IMG/VR virus record: IMGVR_UViG_3300030328_003747
Location: 41,084-105,083 of that record
Source of the DNA: a virus
Reading direction: 5' to 3' (one strand)
DNA: 64,000 nt
Numbering within the stretch: the stretch's first letter is position 1; every line of letters starts with the position of its first letter. The notes under the pieces are model-generated. The model did no database searches and had not been told where the DNA came from. It saw only the letters and a program-made list of their open reading frames with translations. The translations under genes were made by a program, and so were the position numbers. Below, in pieces: positions 1-10,050 of this stretch.

Positions 1-606
1 CTTGTTTCAGTAATAGAATTATTTAGAAGATTTGCTGATGAAACAACAGCATTACCATCATATACACATGGACAAACAAACAGCTCACTAAATAGAACGG
101 CTACAGGTATCTCAATATTAATGAGTAATGCCAATATTGTTCTAAAATCAGTCATCAAAAATATTGATGATTTCTTAACAAAACCAATGATACGCTCACT
201 TTATGATTGGAATATGACATGGAATGAAAATGAAAATGTCAAATCAGATATGCGTGTTATTGCAAAAGGATCCACAGCCCTGATACAGAAAGAAGTACAA
301 TCACAAAGATTGCTACAATTCTTGTCTTTAATCAATAACCCAATAGATGCACAAATGGTTGATAGAGAAAAACTATTAACTGATATAGCTAAATCATTGG
401 ATATTGATCCAGACGAAGTAATAAAATCTCAAGAGGAGTTAATGAATGAGCAAGCACTACAACAAGCTATCCTTGCCAGCCAGCAAGGCGGTGAAGTTAA
501 TCAAGTCGCAAATGCCGAAGGAATGGTCGGTCCTGATGGAAGAAATGGAGTCCCTACGCCAAGCGGAGCGGGACCAGTTGGAAATAACGGACAATTACCT
601 CTTTAG
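1..606 (+). CDS. Portal protein, C-terminal part (phage A; 5' truncated)
   Basis: Frame open from base 1 (FRRFADETTALPSYTHG...NRTATGISILM); acidic/Gln-rich tail; sits before scaffold and capsid genes. Confidence 0.8.
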   Translation, partial: LVSVIELFRRFADETTALPSYTHGQTNSSLNRTATGISILMSNANIVLKSVIKNIDDFLTKPMIRSLYDWNMTWNENENVKSDMRVIAKGSTALIQKEVQSQRLLQFLSLINNPIDAQMVDREKLLTDIAKSLDIDPDEVIKSQEELMNEQALQQAILASQQGGEVNQVANAEGMVGPDGRNGVPTPSGAGPVGNNGQLPL

Positions 607-715
607 TCAAGGTCGTTGCGACATTCTTAAGTTTATAGTATCTTTAGACGAGATTGCTGACAAAGTAATCAAAGCGTTAGGCACCCGAAAGGATACACCT
701 AACATTTATAGTTAA
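446..715 (+). CDS. Small conserved head-module protein (phage A)
   Basis: 89 aa with ERDQLE...SQGRCDIL; typical position between portal and scaffold. Confidence 0.6.
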   Translation: MSKHYNKLSLPASKAVKLIKSQMPKEWSVLMEEMESLRQAERDQLEITDNYLFSQGRCDILKFIVSLDEIADKVIKALGTRKDTPNIYS

Positions 716-747
716 TTTTATCGATACCCCGATTAAGGACCGAAAAA

Positions 748-1719
748 ATGGATAGAGAAAAAACTAAAGGCGAGATGATCGCTGAAAAGCTTGAAAAAGA
801 AGCTGATGAGATGTTGAAACAAGTTCAAGATTCTCAACAGGAATCCGAAGTTGAAGCTAAAGGGCTCGCAACCCAAGAAGAAGAAACAGAGGACACCCCT
901 GAAGAGTCTCAAGAAGATGTGGATAATTCACCCGATGAATCTCAGGATACTGAAGACTCATCTGATCAGCAAGAAGAGATTCAGGAAGAGGACATTAAAT
1001 CTGATAAGGGTTTGTTGTCTGCTGAACAGTGGGAAGAAAGGTATAAAAACGCCCAGGCGAAAATGACCAAATCTACCCAGAGAGAGAAAGAACTCGAAGC
1101 TAAAATAGCTGAAATGAATAATAAATTCACAGCAATGGAAGCGATGAAGTCTGATGCTCAAGTTGAAAAACAGAAAGAACAAGTGAATGTTGACCTTTCT
1201 GAGATAATTAAGGAATACCCAGATTTGGTGAAACCTTTACAATCTTATGTTGATGCTCGCATTGCCGCTGTTGATCAAAAGGTGAATCAGGCTACAGATG
1301 AGGTCTTGAAATCTCAAAAAGAAGAAGCAGACAAAAAGCATTTCGATGCTATTGCAAGTACACACCCGGATTGGAAGTCTTTATCAGCAAGTGAAGATTT
1401 TTCACTCTGGTTAAGCAGACAATCAAGGATGTGGCAAAACGCAGCTAAGGATGGAGATGCCGAGGATGTTGTATCCCTCTTATCAAAATATAAAGAAGAT
1501 TTGGGTCTAGTTTCCAACAGTGCTTCTAAAAAAGATTTAGTAGAAAAGGCTAAACAAAATGTTGAACCTTCACTCTCTAAAGCTAGGAAGCAAAATGTAA
1601 CAGGTAGTAAGAAGATTTGGACTGCCACGGAAATTGGAAAACTAACTGATAAACAGTTTAGTAAACACGAAAAAGATATTGATCGTGCTTATTCTGAAGG
1701 AAGGGTGAAGGACAGGTAG
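748..1719 (+). CDS. Capsid scaffolding protein (phage A)
   Basis: Very acidic N-terminus, coiled coil (WEERYKNAQ), HPDW motif, C-terminal AYSEGRV; directly upstream of capsid gene. Confidence 0.75.
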   Translation: MDREKTKGEMIAEKLEKEADEMLKQVQDSQQESEVEAKGLATQEEETEDTPEESQEDVDNSPDESQDTEDSSDQQEEIQEEDIKSDKGLLSAEQWEERYKNAQAKMTKSTQREKELEAKIAEMNNKFTAMEAMKSDAQVEKQKEQVNVDLSEIIKEYPDLVKPLQSYVDARIAAVDQKVNQATDEVLKSQKEEADKKHFDAIASTHPDWKSLSASEDFSLWLSRQSRMWQNAAKDGDAEDVVSLLSKYKEDLGLVSNSASKKDLVEKAKQNVEPSLSKARKQNVTGSKKIWTATEIGKLTDKQFSKHEKDIDRAYSEGRVKDR

Positions 1720-1762
1720 TCTTACTATATAGATTAATTTTTAAAATATATAGGAGAAAAAA

Positions 1763-2626
1763 ATGGCATATTCATCAAGTAGTGGAAGTTTTTCTTTCGC
1801 AGCTGGAGAACAGCATTTTATACCTGAAGTATTTTCCAAAAAGCTACAAGCTAAGTTTTACGCTCAGACCGTTTTGTCGGATGTAACAACTAACGAGTAC
1901 GAAGGAGAAATTTCAGGGTTAGGTAATAAAGTAAACATTAGAACAGTACCAGCAGTATCTGTAGCAGATTACACTGGCTCACTGACTTATTCAGATGTTA
2001 CTTCAAGTACAGTAGAGCTTGATATCAACAAGGCTAAAAGTTACGCTTTTAAAGTTGATGATATTTTAAGAACTCAGTCTGATATTGATTTTATGAATGC
2101 AGCAGCAGAAGATGCAGCTCAAAACATGAAAATTGCAGTTGAGCAAGATGTGTTTGGAAATGTTGCTTCAGGTTCATCTTTATCAGATGTAAACAGTGGT
2201 GGTGCAGCTACAACAGCTGCTAACATCTTAGGGCTTATTTTGGATTGTGGTAAATCACTAGACCAAAATAATATTCCAGAATCTGATAGGTTCTTAATTA
2301 TTGACCCAGCAACAGCTGCTGTAATTAAAAACTCAGACCTTAAGCAAGCTTACTTAACAGGTGATAGTGTTTCACCATTAAGAAATGGAAAGATTGGCAT
2401 GATAGATAGATTTAATGTTTATGTATCTAACAATTTAACTGTTGCTAGTGGAGTAACTTCTGGTTTCTTTGGTCATCCGAAGGCTATAGCTTATGCCTCT
2501 CAAATGACTAATACTGAAACTGTAAGATTAGAATCTTCATTTGGTGACGGTGTAAGAGGTTTAACTGTATATGGCTATAAAGTTGTTGTTCCAACAGCAT
2601 TTGGCGAACTTAAGTTAAACTCTTAA
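1763..2626 (+). CDS. Major capsid protein, P22-coat-like (phage A)
   Basis: FIPEVFSKKL, YEGEISGLGNKVNI, GKIGMIDRFNVYVSNN, FGDGVRGLTVYG motifs; AGGAG RBS; followed by terminator. Confidence 0.85.
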   Translation: MAYSSSSGSFSFAAGEQHFIPEVFSKKLQAKFYAQTVLSDVTTNEYEGEISGLGNKVNIRTVPAVSVADYTGSLTYSDVTSSTVELDINKAKSYAFKVDDILRTQSDIDFMNAAAEDAAQNMKIAVEQDVFGNVASGSSLSDVNSGGAATTAANILGLILDCGKSLDQNNIPESDRFLIIDPATAAVIKNSDLKQAYLTGDSVSPLRNGKIGMIDRFNVYVSNNLTVASGVTSGFFGHPKAIAYASQMTNTETVRLESSFGDGVRGLTVYGYKVVVPTAFGELKLNS

Positions 2627-2637
2627 TAATAAATTTT

Positions 2638-2661
2638 GGGGAGCTTCGGCTCCCCTCTTTT
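2638..2661 (+). terminator. Intrinsic terminator after capsid gene A
   Basis: GGGGAGC-TTCG-GCTCCCC followed by T-rich tract. Confidence 0.85.
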
Positions 2662-2704
2662 CATTATTTATGATATCTTTAATAAATACCCCGAAGGAGT
2701 AATA

Positions 2705-2986
2705 ATGACGAAAGACGAATTAGTAAAAGTAGCAAAAGAAAAGTTTAATGTTTCTTTAAATCCTAAAGACAAATTGGTAGATTTGGAATCACAACTTTCT
2801 TCACTAGAGAAATCTGATTCTGTAGATAAGCCTGTTAAAAAGGCAAAATCAAAAACACCACTTTATTCAGTTGGCGAACATGGAAAAATAGTTCCATATA
2901 GCCCTATACATAGAGAAGAGTATTGGAACTTTATATATGATGAAAAATCATTAACTGATGAGCAAAAAAAACTTTTAGGTAAATAA
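2705..2986 (+). CDS. Hypothetical protein (start moved to MTKDELVK)
   Basis: AAGGAG RBS before ATG at 2705; the track start at 2636 lies in the terminator. Confidence 0.65.
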   Translation: MTKDELVKVAKEKFNVSLNPKDKLVDLESQLSSLEKSDSVDKPVKKAKSKTPLYSVGEHGKIVPYSPIHREEYWNFIYDEKSLTDEQKKLLGK

Positions 2987-2987
2987 A

Positions 2988-3650
2988 GTGGCAACAGTTA
3001 AAGTAATAGATTTAATAGACAGAGCTGAGGAAATTCTTCAAGATACGACCAATGTTCGTTGGACCCAGCAAACTTTATTAAACTATCTTAATGATGCACA
3101 AAGAGAAATTGTATTATTTAGACCAGATGCTAATCCAGTAAATGCATCCTTTACTTTAGCTCAGGCAGCTAAACAAACACTACCAACAGCAGCATTAAGA
3201 TTATTATCAATCTACGCAAATGCTTCACCAGCAACAAAACCTATAACAAATATAGAAAGAAGAGTTCTTGACGATCAAATAGAAGACTGGCATGGAACTA
3301 CAGGAACAAGTGTTGAGCATTATGTGTATGATCCAGTAGATCCAAAAATATTTTATGTATATCCTCATCCTTCAGGTGGAGGACATACTATAAGTATTGT
3401 TTATAGTTCAGCCCCTAGTGACATTACTATTGGTAATTTTTCTAGCGACACAACTGTAATATCTTTGGATGATGTCTATGCTAATGCTATTTTAGATTAT
3501 ATGCTTTATAGGGCTTATCAAAAAGACACCGAATATGCTGGAGATATGAATAGAGCTGGAGTTTATCTTCAAGCATTTCAAAGTTCACTAGGAATAAAGG
3601 CTCAAGTTGATGCTGCTTCAATGCCTTCGCCATCAACTCCAGCACAGTAA
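2988..3650 (+). CDS. Head-tail adaptor protein (phage A)
   Basis: RWTQQTLLNYLNDAQREI and LDYMLYRAYQKDTEYA motifs; position after capsid. Confidence 0.7.
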   Translation: MATVKVIDLIDRAEEILQDTTNVRWTQQTLLNYLNDAQREIVLFRPDANPVNASFTLAQAAKQTLPTAALRLLSIYANASPATKPITNIERRVLDDQIEDWHGTTGTSVEHYVYDPVDPKIFYVYPHPSGGGHTISIVYSSAPSDITIGNFSSDTTVISLDDVYANAILDYMLYRAYQKDTEYAGDMNRAGVYLQAFQSSLGIKAQVDAASMPSPSTPAQ

Positions 3651-3656
3651 TGAATA

Positions 3657-4334
3657 ATGGCAGCATCAAAAAAAATAGAATCATTAGTACCTAAAGTAAA
3701 AAGAGAGGCTCCTAATTGCCCATCTTTTATTGTTATTGAGGAACTAAGAAATACTATTATCGATTTTTGTGTTAATACAGATATTTATTTAGCAGACCTT
3801 ACACTTTTCCAGTCAGTAACTGGAATAAATGAATATGAGTCTAATGACCTGGACATTCCTTCAGGAGCAGAATTAAATCATATATTAGAATTTTTTTACG
3901 AGAACGGAGAATCCGATGCTCAAATATCAGAAAAAAGTTTTTCAAGATTAGAACCAAAATCTTTAATTGGAAACCCATCTTTATTTGATTCATACGGGAA
4001 AGGACAGCCAAAATATTATTCTCAAAAGGATCAAGAAACAATTTTACTTGCTCCCACCCCAGACAAAAATTATTCTTTATATGCATTATATAGCTTGAAA
4101 CCAACATCAACTGCTACAACAATTCCAAATATCATCATTAATGAATATCAAGAAACTATAGTTCATGGTGCTCTTTATAGGCTTCAGATGATGAAAGATA
4201 GCCCTTGGAGTGATTTACAGGCAGCAGATTTAAATAAAATTATGTATGATAAAGGAGAGGCAAGAGCAGTCAGAAAAACTAAATATGGTTTAGTTGGTGC
4301 TCCTCTAACAGTTACATACCAGGAGTTTGTATAA
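3657..4334 (+). CDS. Second adaptor / tail-tube-like virion protein (phage A)
   Basis: APNCP...IIDFC, LAPTPD, IVHGALYRLQMM..PWS motifs. Confidence 0.6.
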   Translation: MAASKKIESLVPKVKREAPNCPSFIVIEELRNTIIDFCVNTDIYLADLTLFQSVTGINEYESNDLDIPSGAELNHILEFFYENGESDAQISEKSFSRLEPKSLIGNPSLFDSYGKGQPKYYSQKDQETILLAPTPDKNYSLYALYSLKPTSTATTIPNIIINEYQETIVHGALYRLQMMKDSPWSDLQAADLNKIMYDKGEARAVRKTKYGLVGAPLTVTYQEFV

Positions 4335-4709
4335 ATGGCATATTCAACAACAATAAAAGTAGTAACAGGAGATACACATCCTGAATTAAATTTTACTTTA
4401 ACTGATAGCAATACAGCGGCTGCGGGGAAAACATTAGACCCTGAAGACTCTACAACATTTGCACCAATAAATTTATCTGGTTCTACAGTTAAAATAAGAA
4501 TAAGAAAAATAGGAACTACTGCAATATTGGCAACTCTTACAGCCTCATTAACAACCCCAGCAGAAGGGAAATGTGCAGCTGTATTTACAAATTCAACATT
4601 TTCTACATCAGGATTTTATGAGGGTGAAATAGAAATTACCAAATCAGACGGTAATATTCAAACTGTTAATGATTTAATTAAATTTAATGTGAGAGATGAT
4701 TTTGACTAA
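4335..4709 (+). CDS. BppU-N-like virion protein
   Basis: VVTGDTHPEL...PINLSGSTV...YEGEIEIT...IQTVNDLIKFNVRDDF pattern. Confidence 0.6.
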   Translation: MAYSTTIKVVTGDTHPELNFTLTDSNTAAAGKTLDPEDSTTFAPINLSGSTVKIRIRKIGTTAILATLTASLTTPAEGKCAAVFTNSTFSTSGFYEGEIEITKSDGNIQTVNDLIKFNVRDDFD

Positions 4710-5875
4710 TGGCTATAAAGTTAACTGTAGAATATGTAAACCTACAGGCTTCAACTCAAACTCAAGAAGCTTCAGCATTAATAGAGTCTGCTCAATCTTC
4801 ATCACCTAGTTTATCCACAGGTTATACCAAGTATTCTGCTTCTGTTAGCAATCAAGTAATTGCTCCTTTAAAAGGGATTTTATTAAGTTACATAAAACCA
4901 CACTTATCAACAAATTATACAAATTTAAATCTTAAAATTTTTGTTGATTCAGATAGTAAAAACTTATATTTCTTGCCAGGCAATCCTAATGCAGAAACGA
5001 TAACAGTCCAGGAACAAGTTGTATTTTCATTTAATAATGTTTTATCTGACCAATTTTCATTTTCAGATTTAACTTTATTTTCTGTTTCTAAAGGATTTCC
5101 AGAAACAGTTAATTTATCAGAAAGTTCAGTAATATCATCTGATTTAGTAAAACAAGATCAGGTAACAATGTCTGAGTCTCATAGTTTTGGGTTAAGTAAT
5201 GTTGCAGAAGAAAACATATCTGTTAGTGATATTACTTCATTAGCAACATCTATAAGTGAAGCAGATACATTTAGTTTTGCAGATACATCTGTTATGCACC
5301 CAAATTTAGGAAAAACTGAAACATTAAGTATGTCTGAATCTCTTTCTAGGGTAGTTTCATTTAATAGAGATTTTACAGACTCTTTTACTCTTGATGATAG
5401 AGCTTCTTTAGCAGACCCATTACAAACTGATTCTATTTTAAATAAAGACAATATAACAACGCTGTCTGAAGAACATATTTATAATTTTTCTAAAGTCCTT
5501 TCTGATTCTTATTCATTTTCAGATGAATTAAATTTTGAATCTAGTAAACCAATTAGTGAAAGTTTTTCTATATCTGAACAGAAAGCATATTTATTTTCAA
5601 CACCTAGAACTGATGCCTTTAGTTTATCTGATTCTCCTGTTAAGTCTCCAGGTTTAAATAAGGCAGAATCTATATCTTTTTCTGATGAGCTTAACTCTTT
5701 TCAACTGGGAGTTGGAAAGACAGAATCTGTTTCATTATCAGAGACAGATGTGATATCTTTAAGCAAAGTAGATGCGGACTCCTTATCAGTAACTGAATCG
5801 ATATCTTTTCAGGTAACTTATGGTATTACTGGGGGTCTAAATACTTCTGCTTTAAATACCGGTGTATTAAATTAG
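4709..5875 (+). CDS. Ser/acidic repeat virion protein
   Basis: ~19-aa periodic repeats ending (F/L/M)S(D/E); structural module context. Confidence 0.6.
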   Translation: MAIKLTVEYVNLQASTQTQEASALIESAQSSSPSLSTGYTKYSASVSNQVIAPLKGILLSYIKPHLSTNYTNLNLKIFVDSDSKNLYFLPGNPNAETITVQEQVVFSFNNVLSDQFSFSDLTLFSVSKGFPETVNLSESSVISSDLVKQDQVTMSESHSFGLSNVAEENISVSDITSLATSISEADTFSFADTSVMHPNLGKTETLSMSESLSRVVSFNRDFTDSFTLDDRASLADPLQTDSILNKDNITTLSEEHIYNFSKVLSDSYSFSDELNFESSKPISESFSISEQKAYLFSTPRTDAFSLSDSPVKSPGLNKAESISFSDELNSFQLGVGKTESVSLSETDVISLSKVDADSLSVTESISFQVTYGITGGLNTSALNTGVLN

Positions 5876-5883
5876 GAGAAAAA

Positions 5884-6312
5884 ATGTTAAAAGACGGACT
5901 AAAATTAAAAGGTAAGTTACAAATTGCTTTAAATGGGGAAACCATTAAAGAAATTGATAACCTAGTTGTAACCGCTGGAAAAAATTTCGTAGCTAGCAGA
6001 ATGAAAGATGCTTCCGCCACTGCCATGACTCATATGGCTGTTGGTACAGGATCTACTGCTGCTGCCGCAGGGGACACTGCTTTAGGTTCACAAGTTGGAT
6101 CTAGAGTAAGTCTTACTTCTACTACAGTTACCAGTAATGAGGTTGCTTATGTTGCTACCTTTGCTGCTGGAACTGGAACTGGTGCTCTTACAGAAGCTGG
6201 ATTATTCAATGCTTCTTCAAGTGGAACTATGTTATGTAGAACAGTTTTTTCAGTAGTAAATAAAGGTGCAGCTGACTCTATGACAATAACTTGGACTGTA
6301 ACAGTTTCTTAA
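5884..6312 (+). CDS. Tail-associated structural protein
   Basis: NLVVTAGK...HMAVGTG...TEAGLFN...CRTVF motifs typical of small tail/baseplate proteins. Confidence 0.7.
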   Translation: MLKDGLKLKGKLQIALNGETIKEIDNLVVTAGKNFVASRMKDASATAMTHMAVGTGSTAAAAGDTALGSQVGSRVSLTSTTVTSNEVAYVATFAAGTGTGALTEAGLFNASSSGTMLCRTVFSVVNKGAADSMTITWTVTVS

Positions 6313-6332
6313 TAAGAACTTAGGAGTATTCT

Positions 6333-9300
6333 GTGGCAGTTGTTTTTAAGAACAATGCAAAAACAACCTTTAGTTCTGGGATAAATGACTCTGCAACTTC
6401 AATATCTGTAGTAGATGGCAGTGTCTTTCCATCCTTAGGAGCAGGAGAGGTTTGTTTTGTAACTTTTGATGATGGTGTTAACAATGAAATTGTTAAAGTT
6501 ACTGCTATTAGCAGTAATACTCTTACCGTTGTTAGAGCACAAGAAAGCACTTCAGCAAGATCTTTTTCCGCAGGCGATGATGTAGAATTAAGGCTAACTG
6601 CTGGAATACTTGGTCTGTTTTCTCAAACAGGCGTAGCTATTACCGATGAAATTGAAGCATATCTAGATGCTAACGGACTTACATTCCCAGACAACATTAA
6701 AGCTTATTTTGGTACAGGTAATGATTTAGAGATATATCACGATGGCTCAAACAGCATAATTTCCGAAACAGGAACAGGTGGCATAAAAATATTTACTGCG
6801 GGTGTAGCAACATCAGGGTTTTATAAAGTTGGTGGTGAAGAATTAGCAACCTTTGAACCTGATGGTCCAGTCACTTTATATCATAATGATAGTGCAAAAC
6901 TAGCCACATCAAGTAATGGTATAGATGTTACAGGAAACATATTGCTTGATGATGGCGATCCTAGATTATATTTTCAAACAGGTTCATCACATTACAATTG
7001 GAAAATAGCAGCACAAGATTCAACAAACAAAGGTTTTGAAATATCAAGTGGGGCAGCAGATGGGGCTGCTACTAACGACACTTATACCCCAAGAATAGTT
7101 ATAGAAGCTGATACAGGAGATGTAGGAATCGGAACTACCTCACCAGCAGGTAAGCTAATGGTAAGAGAAGATACTGCTGCAAATCCAGCAAGAATAATTG
7201 TTAGTAATGGTGGAAATGCAGAATCAGGAACTTCATCAAGACTATCTTTTTATGAAGGAACAACTGAAAAAAGTTATATAGAAAGAAGAAGAGATGGTTC
7301 TGGGAAAACTGCTTTTGTAACACCAGCAGACGATAATCCATTTGTTTGGGAAAATGCAAGTGGCGAGTTTATGAGATTTACTTCAGGTAATGTAGGAATC
7401 GGCACTACCTCACCTGATGCAGCATTAGATGTAAGTGGTGAAATATATGCAGGAACAGGAACTATAATACCTTACCTATCATATTCAAATGGCAATAGTA
7501 CAGGCATTATAGGAACTAAAAGCAATCATTCATTAGAGGTCAGAATAAATAATTCTGAAAAAATGAGACTTACTTCTACAGGTCTAGGAATCGGAACTAC
7601 CTCACCTGCAACTAAACTTCATGTAATGACAGCATCAAATGGTGCATCAACAGTAGGTGGTGCATCAGATGAATTAATTTTAGAAAATAGTAGTGATTGT
7701 GGATTAACAATAAGAAGTGGCTCGTCAAGTGATGGAGTTATTAGTTTTGCAGATGCAGACGATCATAATGTAGGTCAAGTATATTATGAGCATGATAACA
7801 ATGCTATGGTGTTTAGAACCAATGACTCTGAAAGAGTAAGGATTAATTCTTCAGGTAATGTAGGAATAGGAACAAGCTCACCTGATGGAACAAGTAGGCT
7901 TACATTAGTACACCCAAGTGGAACTAATGGCAGACTTATATCTTTATATAGATCAGCAGGTGCTTATGGCTTTCATTTAGGAGTAGATTCAAATAGCCAT
8001 TTTAATATATATGACAATAATGGCACTAGCTCTTTGATGGCTATAGCCCATACAACAGGTAATGTAGGAATCGGAACTTCTTCTCCTTCTTACCCATTAG
8101 ATGTTAGAAAAAATCAAGCTGGTTACACATATATTGCTGCTGATAATGCTAATTCGGCTGCATCAGGAACAGGTAGTGGTTTTGCTGTTACTGAATCTGG
8201 AAGTATTGCATGGTATATGAGGGGTGAAAGAGATGGTACAGGTAAATTCAACATAGGAAATTCAGCCAATAGATTAACCATAGATTCTTCAGGGAATGTA
8301 GGAATCGGCACAACAAGCCCCAGTTTTTCAGCAGGTTCTGGTTTAGAAATAAGTAGAGCAGGTCCTGCAACTTTAAGACTAGAAGATACAGATGGGACAA
8401 CAGGTGCAACAGAATTAGTACAAGTAGATGCAGACGGTTATTTATTAACTCGTCAATCTAGTAGTAACTTAATTTTTGGAATTAATAGTTCTGAGAAAAT
8501 GAGGTTAGATAGTTCAGGTAATCTTTTTGTAGGTCGTTCAGGTGATTTATATAACTCAAAAGCAATCTTTGAAGAAGATCAAAACGCAAGAACACAAATA
8601 TTAGTAAGAAATAATGATTCAGGTTCTAGTGCATCTTCTTGTATTACTTTAAATGCTTCTGGTAATAGTTGGGTTTTAGATTGTGGTTCAAGTAATAAAA
8701 ATTCTAATGCGTTTACTTTAGCACTTGATGCTTCTGCAACTACACCATCAGAAAAACTTCGTGTAGATACTTCAGGAAATGTGGGAATCAACAGAACCTC
8801 ACCTTCAGATAAACTTGATATAAATGGAACAATTAGTTTAAAAAATAATAGTGCTACAGATGCACATTATATTCATATGCCTAGAGGTGGTGGAATTACT
8901 TTTTATGGTGATGCTAACCAACATCATGGCATCTTCTCAAGAAATCAAAGCAATAGTGCAGCAGACGATATTATGATTAGCACTTATGGGGCTTTATATG
9001 TTGATTTAGATTCAAACGATAATAATAGTGCAAGTGCAGATTTTATTGTTGGTAAACATAATAGCACTAGCAATAATTTATTTAATCTTAGTGGAGAAAC
9101 AGGAAACCTAACCATATTAGGAAATATTACTGCTTATGGCTCACCTTCAGATTTAAGATTAAAAGAAAATATAGCCACAATAGAAAATCCATTAGATAAA
9201 GTTTCTCAACTTAGAGGTGTAACCTTTAATTACAAAGAAGATGGCTCAAAATCAACAGGTCTTATTGCTCAAGAACTAGAAAAAGTCTTACCTGAAGTCG

Positions 9301-9515
9301 TATATGAGACTGAAGATATTAATGATTCTGATAATAAATTCAAAGCTGTAAGATACGGAAATGTTGTTGGATTATTAGTTGAAGCTATTAAAGAGTTGAA
9401 AGTAGAAATAGAAGAATTAAAAAAAGATTCACACCCACCAAAAGGGCTACACGATCTTGATGGTTCAAAAGACCTGTTAGAAAGAATTAAAAAGTTAGAG
9501 GAAAAATATGCCTAA
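6333..9515 (+). CDS. Long tail fibre with GNVGIGTTSP modules and C-terminal peptidase S74 chaperone (probably chimeric at ~7600)
   Basis: Seven GxVGIGTxSP-type repeats; SDLRLKENI...GLIAQELEKVLPE...LLVEAIKEL chaperone signature; GTG start with AGGAG RBS. Confidence 0.88.
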   Translation: MAVVFKNNAKTTFSSGINDSATSISVVDGSVFPSLGAGEVCFVTFDDGVNNEIVKVTAISSNTLTVVRAQESTSARSFSAGDDVELRLTAGILGLFSQTGVAITDEIEAYLDANGLTFPDNIKAYFGTGNDLEIYHDGSNSIISETGTGGIKIFTAGVATSGFYKVGGEELATFEPDGPVTLYHNDSAKLATSSNGIDVTGNILLDDGDPRLYFQTGSSHYNWKIAAQDSTNKGFEISSGAADGAATNDTYTPRIVIEADTGDVGIGTTSPAGKLMVREDTAANPARIIVSNGGNAESGTSSRLSFYEGTTEKSYIERRRDGSGKTAFVTPADDNPFVWENASGEFMRFTSGNVGIGTTSPDAALDVSGEIYAGTGTIIPYLSYSNGNSTGIIGTKSNHSLEVRINNSEKMRLTSTGLGIGTTSPATKLHVMTASNGASTVGGASDELILENSSDCGLTIRSGSSSDGVISFADADDHNVGQVYYEHDNNAMVFRTNDSERVRINSSGNVGIGTSSPDGTSRLTLVHPSGTNGRLISLYRSAGAYGFHLGVDSNSHFNIYDNNGTSSLMAIAHTTGNVGIGTSSPSYPLDVRKNQAGYTYIAADNANSAASGTGSGFAVTESGSIAWYMRGERDGTGKFNIGNSANRLTIDSSGNVGIGTTSPSFSAGSGLEISRAGPATLRLEDTDGTTGATELVQVDADGYLLTRQSSSNLIFGINSSEKMRLDSSGNLFVGRSGDLYNSKAIFEEDQNARTQILVRNNDSGSSASSCITLNASGNSWVLDCGSSNKNSNAFTLALDASATTPSEKLRVDTSGNVGINRTSPSDKLDINGTISLKNNSATDAHYIHMPRGGGITFYGDANQHHGIFSRNQSNSAADDIMISTYGALYVDLDSNDNNSASADFIVGKHNSTSNNLFNLSGETGNLTILGNITAYGSPSDLRLKENIATIENPLDKVSQLRGVTFNYKEDGSKSTGLIAQELEKVLPEVVYETEDINDSDNKFKAVRYGNVVGLLVEAIKELKVEIEELKKDSHPPKGLHDLDGSKDLLERIKKLEEKYA
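7599..7675 (+). repeat. 77-nt exact direct repeat, copy 1 (copy 2 = 63924-64000)
   Basis: Base-by-base identity; 88/89 nt from 7587; offset 56325 nt, in frame. Confidence 0.95.
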
Positions 9516-10029
9516 AACTAGAGCAGTTACTATTGCTTTAACAAGTAGTGGAACAGATGTAACACAAAATGCTAGAGAATCAGACACTATAAATGTTACC
9601 GTTAATTTTCCTTCAGGCAAACAATCATCAGATTACAGTTATTCAGCTATAGCAGCAGCAGGTTGTTCAATAAGTTCTGGGGCTTCAGGCAATCATGGTG
9701 GCACTTGTACTATTACAACATCTTCTTCAGGTACAGCTTACGATCTTAGATTTCAAATGTTTAAAACAGGAGTTTTAGAGCCACAAGATGAATCTGGTAC
9801 TGTAACAGGATCAGTAGGTGATGAAATAACACAATTTAGTATTACTAGCGGAGAAATAGATTTTGGTGACATACAGACCTTTTGGGGTGGCAGTAATCCA
9901 ATAGAAATATCAGAATATTATAGAGGCGGATCTTATGTACCTTCTTTATCTGATACGGGTGATAATGACAACATACCAACATCAGGAACAATATCAATAT
10001 CAAATTTTTATGGTATGTTCAAAGAATAA
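9508..10029 (+). CDS. Tail-fibre-associated / adhesin-like protein
   Basis: SGEIDFGDIQTFWGGSNPIEISEYYRGG...IPTSGTISISNFYG motif; overlaps fibre stop. Confidence 0.6.
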   Translation: MPKTRAVTIALTSSGTDVTQNARESDTINVTVNFPSGKQSSDYSYSAIAAAGCSISSGASGNHGGTCTITTSSSGTAYDLRFQMFKTGVLEPQDESGTVTGSVGDEITQFSITSGEIDFGDIQTFWGGSNPIEISEYYRGGSYVPSLSDTGDNDNIPTSGTISISNFYGMFKE

Positions 10030-10050
10030 TAAAAAAGGTATAATTTTTTT

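Noticed and set aside
7599-7675. DGR template/variable repeat pair, or phage direct terminal repeat
   Set aside because: No reverse transcriptase; copies are identical rather than A-mutated; the repeat is in frame inside a fibre gene and flanked by a different phage module
7121-8803. Invertase-driven shufflon
   Set aside because: All junction repeats are direct and in frame; no site-specific recombinase and no inverted silent cassettes seen
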